A stretch of 63,044 bases of DNA, counting the filler, from Lenisia limosa (taxonomy: Eukaryota > Protista > Breviatea), in NCBI GenBank assembly GCA_001655205.1. It is 10 parts of 10 records of this genome, joined end to end, with 100 filler letters (N's around TTAATTAATTAA, not from the genome) between each part and the next. Parts side by side here need not be neighbours in the genome. Positions count along the whole stretch, not along the records: positions 11,209 to 20,061 come from LPNZ01004886.1; positions 20,162 to 26,279 come from LPNZ01007562.1; 8 more parts are not named here. The stretch is one strand, 5' to 3'. Within the stretch, counting starts at the first letter, position 1; the number at the start of each line of letters is the position of its first letter. The translations under genes and the position numbers were made by a program. Shown here one piece after another: positions 11,165 through 23,100 of this stretch. Under the pieces are notes generated by a model that was not told the DNA's origin, searched no databases, and worked only from the letters and a program-made list of their open reading frames with translations.

Positions 11165-11500
11165 NNNNNNNNNNNNNNNNNNNNNNNNNNNNNNNNNNNN
11201 NNNNNNNNGCAACCCCCCAAACGGAGCCGTCAGCACCAACTTCTTCTTGACCTTCATGTCAGGGTTATACAGTATTCTATTCGTGAGGGGAGGGGAGGTG
11301 TGAAAACAGGTCTCCATCCATTATTTAATTAAGTGAGCCCGAAATCCACGCCCACAACTGTCCCTCTAATCCTTGGGAAAGCCCTTACACTCTGAGGTTT
11401 TATTCTGGTTTAGCGGCCTGCTTTAAAGGGGTGGTAGTATGCTGATTATTACCCCTCGGGTGATCAATTTTCCCCTTCATTTTAATTAACATCCTCACAG

Positions 11501-14500
11501 ATGATGAGTCACCTTACGAAAGCGCTACCAGCTCCCCTGCCTACGCTGCTGTAATCAAAATCTTGATAGGTATGTTTATTGTTAACTTTTCACAATATTA
11601 ATGATGTCACCATGTTGTCCCCCCCCCCTCACCAAGGCGCATTTCACCATGTTGTCTCCATTTTTACCTTCACCCCATTCTTGAAATTTTCCTTCATTTT
11701 ACGTATGCTGGAGTGATGGCATGCGGGGCTGCAGAAGCGACTGGCTTGGGTTTTGTTTGTTTTGTTGTTATCGACCTCATGTGTTGTTAGACAACTGAGT
11801 TGATTTTGGGCTTTTTTTCCCCATAAATTTTTCCTATTCCACCCATAGACTGTATAACCCCCCCAGGCTCGTGGCAAGGCAGTCAAAGATCCCTAGTGTT
11901 GGACCTGTTATACCGCATTTCCACTGCGTACGTACTCCAAACCGGCATGATTCCTCAGAGCATTCTAGACCTCTGGATGGTTGGTGCTTTTTGACTAGGG
12001 GTTCACTTCGGTTCAAAAAAAAGACTGGATTTCTCGAAAACCATCGATAATTTGCCGGTCTTTTTCAAACTGAATTGAAGCCCTACCTTTGACCATCATA
12101 TAATTCTGGGGATTTGCCTGCTGTTCCCTTTGCAAATGATCGGGTGCATTACTTTACCATACTCCAATATAATATCTCTTATAATAAGCATTGATCAGAT
12201 AAAACCTTGTTTATATAATAATAATAATTGTATATAATAGTACCTATAGTAATCTGTATATGTATGTACATGTAGTATATAGAATACCCCTTCCCTAACC
12301 TATCCAGGCCATATCACACATAATGAGCACCAGTGTTGTCAGTCATTCCGACATACTGGATGGATCAGACGCTCTCCTCCCGGTACAGTTTAACAACAAG
12401 GTGGGACAATGGGTCTTTTATAGAGTTGAGTCTGGTTTAAATTTTTGTTTCCTAGATATTCCAATTTTGACCCCCCCCCCCTCCCCAGTCTCTGGGAGAG
12501 TTCTTGTTCTTGAAGACGTGCACAATGGCGACTGGAGTTACTGAGGCGTGTGTGGCCTTCCCTGATGGCTTTCCTCCGCCTGCTTGTAAGGGGCAAACTT
12601 TTATAATTAGAGGGGGTACGATGATTGTCTTTTCATTCTAATTTTATTATTTATCTGGGGGTGAGTATGTCGTTGCTATGTGGAGGCAGTAAAACTGGAA
12701 AAATGATTTTGGAATTCATTTCACCCAGTCACTAAAAAATACCCTCCCCCCAGCCATTGAAAGCGAGGACCCAGGCCTGGATCTGCCCCGAAAGGTGTCC
12801 TCTCGCATCCTGGCTGAAATCATGCCGCAATGCCTTGATATTCAGAGCGTTGTTGCTCAGATGGTTGGCTCTGACTGAGTTCTCTGCTTCACCCAAATGG
12901 GAAGGTCTTTAATTCATGGCTTTTTGGGGAAATGGACATTAAATTAAACCCAGGGGAACCAATGAATACATAGAGATACCGTAAACAAATTATCATACGC
13001 TTTGATTATGCTCAACTTTACTTCACCCAAATTGGGAGGGGGGACAAATTTAGATTGAAGGGGAGTTGATACCAATTAAGACAAGAAATTTCTATTGACA
13101 GTTATGTTATTTGCACTATGATTATTATTTCCTGCCTCCCTCCGAAGCCTGTTGATATTGAAGTGTGTCATTGTATCTGACATATTGCCTTCATTTAAAT
13201 GCTCTTGTGACACTCCACAGACAACAGCCCTACTCTCTTTACCTGGATTTGACAGTACCGTCAAAGCCATTGAGGAAGCAAATGCCCCCCAGGTTGGTCG
13301 CTTGTGTTTGTCTTCCTCTCTGAATTGTTCTGAAGGCTAAATCTCGATAAATCCTCAATAAATATCGATATTTCACCTGTCTTTTCTGGACTGTAGGGAA
13401 GCCCTTGATCCATATCACACAAAAGTAACCCAGCAGCCGCAGGTAAGACCACGTGCTAATACGCTGACGAGCCCACCATCACCCCGGGCCTCACCGCCGC
13501 CGTCATCGCCGCTGCCAACAGTTCTGCCCATGGCTCTGGTCCACACCGCTCTCCGTGCCGTGGTAGTGGCGGCTCAATGCGGCTCCGAGGCTCTTAATGG
13601 CGTTTACGGTACGGGGGTGCTTTCAAGGGAAAAATGTTATGATGCTATTTTTTTATTATTCAGATGAATGTTGAAATTGTGGTGTTTTGTATTTGGGTGG
13701 TTAATGAGGTTATGAATTGTTTTTTGATTCGGTGGTTGATGGCACTTCAGCTTAACTTCCTCCTGTAAGGAGTTTCTCCAATTTTCTTTATTGAGAAATC
13801 TCATGATCTGATGTTGATGTCTTTGCAACTAGTGATTAATCGCCTTATAGTGACGGGAGTTCTGGTAGCTGCTCTAAGTATCACTGACGATTCTGAAGAG
13901 GTTTGTCACCGCATCATTCCGAACACCAAGGAAAGTGACAATCCAGCTAAATTCATGAATAATCATATTATCATAGACAAGTCATATGTATTATGTTTTT
14001 TATGAATTATTTTGCTACATAATTATGTACATAATATACATATCATATATGCATATGATATTAATTTTTGCATTTACATACTTTACCATGATTTAATTTA
14101 TTATCAATCATATTACAGTCTATTATTAAACTAGCGACACGCTTTACTTTTATGTAGTCGTCAATGGAAGAGCACATATCAGCAACCATCCAGACCCTGG
14201 CAGATGAGGCCGTTCGCGTCATAAGTGGCTGTCTCGCTGCATCCTATGCGCATGGCGAGAGATTGGTAAGCAAATATCATGTGTCTTTGATGGTAATTTG
14301 GTCTTCTTCTCTTTAGTACAAAGAATGTCGGTATCGTTCGCTATCTCCCAAGAGGAGATTCTCTTCTTTCGGATACATCTTGTCACTATTCAAATACCTG
14401 CTACATCGGGAACAAATCTTATGCTATGTAGTCTAATGCTCTTCTCTTGAGCCTTACCTCTTCAGCTACCAATGGGTATGGGGATGGGGTAAAGGATGAC

Positions 14501-17500
14501 AAATCTCTGATGGTTTGCAAATTTTCCTTTTTAACAAGCTATTTTATTATTGATTTTTGGAAATTATCTATTAGGAAATACAGGATTTCTGTGATATGTT
14601 AATTGGTTTTGTGATGTGATTGTTTCTAATCATCAGTATAACCTGGAGCAAATCTTCGCCTTCAAAAGGTGGGGTTTCTGATGGCAACATGAACTTACTT
14701 ATTGCAATTGGTTTTGGTTGTACATTATTATATAAACGTTCACAAATAATTAAACCTGACAAGCTAATTCTTTGTAGTGCTTCTTGTTTCCCACACCCCG
14801 ATTCTCACCCCCACAGCGGTTTATGCCCTGGACTTCATTGATGCGGCCCTCTCAGTCATCAGCCAGTTTAGTCCGTCTTCTTGGTTGGTGACTCCCATAT
14901 CTGCTGATTGTGATGTTGTAGCTGTATAAGGTCAATATCTATAGAGGGGAGGGGGGGATTAATATTCAGACAGCATATGTGGCAGCATGTAATAGTTCCT
15001 TTTTATTTATGTCATTTATATTCATTAGTTTTCTTCCATTCAAGCAGATTACACCGTGTCAACCAACTATTGACCACGTAGTGGCAGCCTAGTCTCCCTG
15101 CTCACGCAAGCCGTAACCGAGCAGAGCAAGGGCTTTGGCACCCCTTACGATGACAGAAATCTCATAATACTTGAGCACTGGTTGGTGAGCTTCACTTCGG
15201 TTGAAAAAAAGACTGAATTTTTCGATAAATCGTCCAAAGCTGTGGATAATTTACCAGTCTTTTTCAAACCAAAGTGGTTATCTTATTAATTGACTAATAT
15301 TCAAAATATAAACGTATTTTTTGGGTTCGCTCAGATACTTTTTAAAATCTCATGTAAACACTCTCAATCGAGGATGTTTCCACGCAGTTCTAATCCCCCA
15401 AGGTTTTCATGCCCTACCTCTGACCAAAACCTGTCGCTCTCTTCGTACCTTGAAGCATGTAATCCTCTCTGCACGCATCTCATGTACTGCTTCGAACTGA
15501 TCATTGCTGCGGTAGACTGCTCAGCAATTGTCCACTCCTCGGCCCTAGCAAAGGTTGGGCCTTCAAGCATATTGAGATGAGAAGTATAATAAGGTAGTAT
15601 CCAGCCAAATCCGTCTCCTCCTTCACGCCAAAAAGAGATATTGGATTATAGCAGAAAACTCATCCCACGAGCTCTGTAGACACGGCTTTCTGGGTGCCTT
15701 CAAGCATTGTTATTGATTAACTTCTGCTTTGCCATAGCAACCATTTGACATCCCTCTGCTCAGCGTCCTCTTAACTGGTCTCGAGAAACTTCCGAATTNN
15801 NNNNNNNNNNNNNNNNNNNNNNNNNNNNNNNNNNNNNNNNNNNNNNNNNNNNNNNNNNNNNNNNNNNNNNNNNNNNNNNNNNNNNNNNNNNNNNNNNNNN
15901 NNNNNNNNNNNNNNNNNNNNNNNNNNNNNNNNNNNNNNNNNNNGCAGTCACCCTGATGTCTCTCACATCTGAAATCACGTGAGGGTCCAATAACTGCTTG
16001 CATGGTTCAAACAGATAGTTGACCTTTCAATAGTGGACTACTCACATCCTTTTTTTTTTTTTTTTTTTNNNNNNNNNNTCGATGATACCCTAGCCAGATC
16101 GATGTATATGCCAGTTGATGTTCTAATTAGAGGATATAAACTGACCCCCTCTCAGGTCCAAGCCACACAGCATCAATACCAAAGACGAGGCGCCACCACT
16201 CCCATCCGCGCAAGAAGCTGAGCAAGATCTTGCGCTCGCGCTCAACTTGGCTGAAAAGGCGTGTGCTCCACTTTTAGCCGCTGTTCGTGGTGTCGACATT
16301 TCGGGACACTTGGATCAATCTCCTGTCTTCTTCTCAACCGCTCTGGCACTTCTTTCATCCCAGGTAGGGGGATTGCTGATCGTTGGATTATACAAACTGC
16401 TAAAATTGAGCATGACACCGTTTAGGGATTGGTCATTTTTGAAACTTCATATTCAATATCTGAATGCAAAACCATATTTGAATTATTATAGTTCAAAAAC
16501 TGTACTGTCAACAAAAAACCGTCCAAGTTTGGAAAGATAACAGATACATCGACATCAATACACTGCCACTGACATAGATTCTCCACCTCTAGCTTTTAAA
16601 TACATGTAATCTTTTATTGTCCAAAAATAAAATACTGACAACACTGACAATACTGACCATACAGGGTATCGAGGCCACTTCCTTTGATCAAACACCCATC
16701 AAGGACTCGTGTAATCAAAGTAAGATAGGCGTAGATACTTATTTTTTGTTCATAAAAGCAAATCTGTCACTTACCTTGTATAATTTTAATGGCGTTTATT
16801 TCTTTATATTTGCTTATTTCTACATTGTCGTAATTATCTCAACCATAACCGCCTAATCACACCCAGGCACCCTATTCTCCCTGCTGCCCAATGCAGCGCC
16901 TCAGATGAACGTCATAATCGAAACATGCCAAGAAATCGCTTGGAGGTTTCTAACCTCGGATGCCTTATCTTCCCCGGCTTTCCTCTGTATGATGGGAGTC
17001 AAACAAGATAGTATCGTGGGTGTTTTGGTAACCAATGTTTATTTACTTCTTTTATTTGGAACATCACCCCCCTCTTTTTTTTTTTTTTTTTNNNNNNNNN
17101 NNNNNNNNNNNNNNNNNNNNNNNNNNNNNNNNNNNNNNNNNCACACAATACGCGAAAGTTTCACATTGCAATATAAGCTGACAATTGAAAAGGAAGTTCA
17201 AAAAGAAGTAAACACTGAGAACACTGACCTCTAAAGAAGTCTTTTTTTTGCAGACGAACATACTGGGCTCGGTAGAGCACTTGCGCTCCATTTCGGTGAA
17301 TGGCAGTAGGGATTTCGCGCATTGACGGGGCTTCGTCACAAAGGCAGAGGAACTTGCTCGACGGTGTAAGTGGCCCAAGGCCTGCTATTTCAGACGCTCA
17401 TAAGAGGCTCATCAAATTTGGGCTTACGTTTTTAAATCCGCAAACATTCAAACCTCCTGTCCGGATTGATTTGAAACCATTTTAAGCAACTTCCTCAATA

Positions 17501-19822
17501 TTCGAGAGTTTTGAACTGAGAGTGTTGGCCAGCTCTCCTGTTTCACCTACAAAGAGTTCCGGGAATGGGACAGCCCAATCAGTGACAACAACCTTCTCCT
17601 CAGCACAATTTCCGGTGGCGTTGACATAAGACCAGTTGGTGAGTTGAGAAAAAGCACTTGAGAAGAATGAAGGATAATGGATGAGGGTTTTTCAAAACCG
17701 CATTCGCCAATATATATACTTCCCCTAAAAAATGAGCACAACATTTGAATGTTCAACTTGATCAGTGGGGATGGGCCTTTCAAGCTGTTTTGCATCTATT
17801 TCTCCAAGTTGTCTGTATCTTTTTTCTTTTTAACGAGCTGTTTTGATTCAAATGCATAACTTAGTGTATGTAAGTATGTTGTACTGCATTACATATGATA
17901 TGTACCGGAATGGGTGGAATGTCAACATGGCTTTACCTCGGTTCTTAAAAAAAACTGAATTTCTGGATATTTTTTTTTGATAAATATCGATATTTTACCG
18001 CTCTTTTTCCGACCAGAGCATTTGTGGAGCATTCCCTCTCGTCACCCCTCCATTTCCCTCACCCCTTAGCATCAATATCGTTCCTCACTGCCAATTGGCC
18101 TGGTCGCTTCCGTGGCCTCATCCCCATCCTCACGCCCTCGGCCCTCGCATACCCCAAGCTGGCCTCCGCTCTTCACGCAGCAATCACATTTGCCCCGGTG
18201 GGTTTTTTTTTTTTAGGGTAGCTGGAAAATAGAGGGAATTAATCACGTGGTCTTAAAAAGGCGATTTATTGTAAATCGGAGATCTTTACAATCTTTAGTC
18301 ATAAAATCAATCATACGGAAGGGGTTACTGGCATTTTTAAATATCGCTCAAGGAAATAGATACATCGATATGTTGAATAACAGTTTTATGTGATATTGTT
18401 TCGCTTTTTTTGACAGCTTGAGTTTTAAAAACTGTTCACTTACCTATTCTGGGCTACAATTGTTAAACAACGCTGATTCTACTTCAGATGGTTTGTTAAT
18501 TGTTTAGAGTGAAATTCTGGTTGCTGCCCCTCAACAAAACGACTCTGATAACCGAAGCGAAGTGTTCTTAATTGTAAGAATTATCAATATTTTCCAATAT
18601 TATTTGGTAATTATCCATTTTACCGTCTTTGCTGGAGTGATATGATGCAGCGCTGCAGAAGTTCCCTTCACCCCCATAGCCTTTGAGTTTTTGTTTATAA
18701 ATTTCCCATTTTTACTCCCCAAAGCCCTCCGACAACGCGGGCACGGCGTCAGTCCCCCTAGCCCAGCACTACAGATGTTCCAATGACGGCCTTTTCGCAG
18801 TCGGATTGGCCCTGCCCTACGCTGCTGCTTTGTGGGTCTTGGTGACCTTCATTCTTTGTTCTAATTTGTTAATCTCAGATTTATAATAGAGTAATTCTCT
18901 TCAGTATGACAGAGACCGGGATAAGTCTTGACTGATATTCCTTGGGAAATCACATTGCAAATCGGCCAAGACTTCTCCCGGTCACTCTGTCTAAAATGAA
19001 ACGGGATTATATTACCTCATCATCATATTATTGCTGTTGTTAATAACATATAACCAATTCGTGTGAAAAACTGTTAACAGAATATCATCATCCGCCCAGA
19101 CTCAAAAGAGGGTTCCATGATTTGTCTGCCACACTGCTGCATTGGCTCTGCTCTGCTGTCGCTCCACACCACGGCCCACTTCTGGGTTGCTTGCGTGAGG
19201 GGTATAGTACTATTCAACAGGCTTCTCCATCTAAATTTCGTTTGAGCATATATGTTATCTTCTTTCTAACCCCTGAAGAGCTAAATGAGTGCGATAGAGG
19301 GTACCTTGTTCTATCTCCCCTTGTGATAACCGTACGAATAATGACACCTTGCAGGAGAGGCACGAGTTGCCATTAACACTGGTTCGTATGAGTCTCTGGA
19401 GCTAGCGAAAGACTTCCTTGTAAACAAAGGTGGGGGCTAACATGGTTTTGTTATAATGAAACTAGGGTACTTATTAGGGCTCCGTGCATTTAAATTTTGA
19501 GGAAATTAATTGACAAAATTAGAAATTAATGACTGGAATAGTAGCCAACAGAGTTGATTTTGGGGGTTTTGTTTCATAATTTTTCGATTTTCCTCCTCTG
19601 TATCCCTATCCCTCCTAAACCAAACATTTACCTGCCAAAGTTTATTACCATTGCAGAAGNNNNNNNNNNNNNNNNNNNNNNNNNNNNNNNNNNNNNNNNN
19701 NNNNNNNNNNNNNNNNNTTGGGGCTTTTTTCTTTTTGTTTCATAAATTGTCCAATTTGACCCCTCTCCCCCGCAGCCCCATCCCTCCTTTCGTCCCTGTC
19801 CCCCGAGGGTCTGACATGCTGG
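11501..19822 (+). CDS. Large multi-exon uncharacterised helical (HEAT/ARM-like?) protein, partial
   Basis: Series of GT-AG bounded exons, several with compatible phase: DDESPYESATSSPAYAAVIKILI, SIESEDPGLDLPRKVSSRILAEIMPQ, LEHW|SKPHS across intron 15181-16155, STLFSLLPNAAPQMNVIIETCQEIAWRFL; no family motif recognised. Confidence 0.6.
11714..11862 (+). repeat. Family B intron 3'-end repeat, copy
   Basis: GATGGCATGCGGGGCTGCAGAAGCGACTGGCTTGGGTTTTGTTTG...CAACTGAGTTGATTTTGGGCTTTTTT..CATAAATTTTTCC, then CCCCCCCAG acceptor. Confidence 0.8.
11998..12083. mobile_element. Family A hairpin MITE (TA-flanked), intronic
   Basis: TA|GGGGTTCACTTCGGTTCAAAAAAAAGAC...GTCTTTTTCAAACTGAATTGAAGCCC|TA. Confidence 0.85.
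15300..15990 (-). mobile_element. Degenerate IS630-Tc1-mariner/pogo-type DDE transposase relic nested antisense in intron 15181-16155
   Basis: One frame with several stops reads KLINNNA*RHPES...GWILPYYTSHLNMLEGPTFARA, resembling DNAxxH...LPPYSPxLNPIE or LPxHTSHxLQPLD. Confidence 0.5.
18908..18991. mobile_element. Family C hairpin MITE, intronic
   Basis: GACCGGGATAAGTCTTGACTGAT...TTGGGAAATCACATTGCAAATCGGCCAAGACTTCTCCCGGTCAC. Confidence 0.85.
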
Positions 19823-20161
19823 GTTGACGGCTTACTTGCTGCGGCTGATGCTGGTGGTGACTGCGCCTCTGCTGCTCTTGCTGTCTTGGCTGTGGGGGGT
19901 ATTGAATTGGCGCGGGGAAAGGTTTTGTTTTGTTTCTTTGTTGTGGGTGTTCATAGACACATATATCAAACAGTTAATCTCTGTTAATCTCAAGAGAGTG
20001 GGTCACTTGGTCAAAAAGCATTTACCTTTTAATAGATTAATCTCCGCATCACCGGATGCGGNNNNNNNNNNNNNNNNNNNNNNNNNNNNNNNNNNNNNNN
20101 NNNNNTTAATTAATTAANNNNNNNNNNNNNNNNNNNNNNNNNNNNNNNNNNNNNNNNNNNN

Positions 20162-23100
20162 CAGAACTTTGCAGCCCTCGTTCATCTGGCCGCCGTACAG
20201 CTCCGGGAGTCTGATGCTAATTCCCTCACCATTCCTGTTGCCTCTGATGTGGGTGCAGAGGGCAGTATATCTAAGGATCGCAGATCTTGAATCTACGATA
20301 TTACCTTTGACATTTTCAACATATTTCTGATTATCTAGAAGCGAATGTCAAGACGTATTACTTACGGAGGGCAAAACGAGTAAGTTCGGTTAAATACTGA
20401 CTCGTTTCTTTGACTCCGGCCTTGGTTTGATTTCCTGATTCAATTTGTCCTTTGTACTTTTACGCCAATATTCTTCATCGAGATTTCCTTCGTTTTACTC
20501 CTCCTTATTAGTCCCAACGGAGAGGGTTCGGACGACGACAGTGACGATGAAGAGGAGTTCGTACCCCCTCTGGTGCCCGGGGCTTAGATAGTGGTTGAAA
20601 TAATGGATAGAATGATGGATTCCAGTTTTATCCTTGTCAATGTGTGCTTTCTTCTCTCCTTTGATATGTATTTTTTTTTGCTTTTAAGGCTTCGAGGAAA
20701 GGTCTTGACCTTACTTTTCCCACCTCCCCGTTTACCCTTTCAGGAACTCACACAGCCTGAAGCCCTCGCGGCCCTCTCCAAACTGCTCACAAGTAAGAAC
20801 TGATGGGAGCTTGGACTATTGGTCTTGATTGTCTTGAAATGACGAATCTCATCTCAAAGAAATGGTACATATGATATATATCTCGCTTACTGTTTTCAGA
20901 AGACACAGATGTTCTGGCAGCACTCCTCACCACCCCCCTTCCCCCTAAGGTTAGAGCTTTGTTTTTTTCTTTGAGTGAAAAATGCCATTTGTACGTTTTC
21001 CTCATCCTGCTGAGGCAATAATATCATTTGCGATTATTTCACTTCTCACCCCCAGGTGTTCGCCCCAATTCTCAAGGCGGTTCTTGGCTCCGCTGTACAC
21101 GCTNNNNNNNNNNNNNNNNNNNNNNNNNNNNNNNNNNNNNNNNNNNNNNNNNNNNNNNNNNNNNNNNNNNNNNNNNNNNNNNNNNNNNNNNNNNNNNNNN
21201 NNNNNNNNNNNNNNNNNNNNNNNNNNNNNNNNNNNNNNNNNNNNNNNNNNNNNNNNNNNNNNNNNNNNNNNNNNNNNNNNNNNNNNTCCCCTTGCTGCTA
21301 AGATCGTAGCCTTGGAAACGTCAGGAGTTCAGGCCTCTGTGGGTGGATTTGTGCTTTTCGACCTATTTCATCAATAAAAGACAATAAATATTTTTCACAA
21401 CACCCTCCCTTGTGATGGGATGCGGTGCTGCAGAAACGACTGGCCTGGGATTTGTTTGTTTTGTTATCAACCCTCGTGTGTTATCAGCCAACAGAGTTGA
21501 TGTAAGGCTTTTTTTTTGTTCATACAATTTTCAATTTTCGGCAATATTCTTCATCGAAATTTCCTTCGTTTTACTCCCCCCCCCCCNNNNNNNNNNNNNN
21601 NNNNNNNNNNNNNNNNNNNNNNNNNNNNNNNNNNNNNNNNNNNNNNNNNNNNNNNNNNNNNNNNNNNNNNNNNNNNNNNNNNNNNNNNNNNNNNNNNNNN
21701 CAAGACTCTTTTCGGGTTAGCTTTTTTTGAACGGTTTTGGACTTCCATTCAAAAAAACACCCAAGAGGATTTCTAGGTCTATAGCAACTAGATTGGAGAG
21801 TCAATTTTTCGGACTTTCCCTTACTCCCCTCCCCAGCATATGGCCAGCTCTGCGGCCGTTCATGGCTCTCTTCCTGGCTTGCCCCAGTCCTTCGCGACCT
21901 CATCCCAAAAGCTGATACTTTCCAGGTTCGCTGCAGTATCTAATATGACGGGTACTGGGTCTGTTTCAAGATCTTTTGTACAAACATCATGATTATGAGG
22001 TTGTAGGCAAATGATTAGAACCAAACACTTTATTTCTCATTTCTACAAATTGTTTGCATAAGGGAGGGGGTTTGACTCTTTCATAGCGTATCATAATTAT
22101 GGTGGTAGGATAATACCTCATAGTAGACTATTTTCTGCAAGACCCATATTCTTCATCGAAATTTTCTTCGTTTTACTCCCCCCCTCCCTCTGACGCCCAG
22201 GTTGACCCCACCCGCCTGCCCCTAGGCATGACAGTGGATGAGGGCCTTGCTGCCTTGACCGGTGCCTGTGAAGCCATATTAACGGGCTTGGAGCAGTCCG
22301 TACCGTCACTCCCAGCGTGGGCTTGGGAGGGGTGAGAGTTAAAGTCAAAGATATAAATACACCTCTTTGGAGAATTGTTTGATTTGAAGTACATTGTTCA
22401 TATTTATTGTTACTTTGCTCCAGTGTTGTTATGTGTAATGCTAATGTTTGTAGCTTGATATTTTCATAAATTAACTTCGCTGTCAGTCTGTCATTAATTA
22501 ACTGAATCAGGACGCTGCGCGTAGTTCTTGGCGTGGTATTCGGCACAATCATGCAGAAACTCCCGGGTTCCGAAGGACCTGGTGCCCTGACTTTGGTAGG
22601 TACAACATGACTTCTTTTTCTCTGGTTATATTCTACTAAATTCAGATATTATATCATAATGTACTATATGTAAATGCTCGTTTTCTTCCCTTCTTTGAAA
22701 TACCTCACAATACCCCTGTTTGTTTTGTTGTTANNNNNNNNNNTGAAGTGAAATGGTGTGGGCGGCTTCGACTTAGATATTGCTCTATATTACACTATAT
22801 TTCAATACGTGTTCACGGCGTTGGCCATATACCTTATTGCGAAACTATACATATAATATTGAAGATATGATGATGCAGGTTAAAGCCCTCGACAAGGGAA
22901 TGAAGAAGGAGGAGTGCTATCGAATTCTCCAGCTCTTCATCAATGCGTGGGGGGGGGGGGGNNNNNNNNNNNNNNNNNNNNNNNNNNNNNNNNNNNNNNN
23001 NNNNNNNNNNNNNNNNNNNNNNNNNNNNNNNNNNNNNNNNNNNNNNNNNNNNNNNNNNNNNNNNNNNNNNNNNNNNNNNNNNNNNNNNNNNNNNNNNNNN

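Noticed and set aside
12095-12145. A second TG-acceptor intron
   Set aside because: Exon phase cannot be fixed without a homologue; not supportable
7020-17800. Stop-codon reassignment (TGA=Trp or TAA=Gln) suggested by 7020, the 15300-15990 frame and 17390-17750
   Set aside because: The confidently rebuilt UBC2, dNK, legumain and ALDH exons contain no in-frame TGA or TAA and use TGG for every Trp. Two other apparent cases (near 15085 and 54655) vanish with a better acceptor, and the rest are in decayed or unresolved regions
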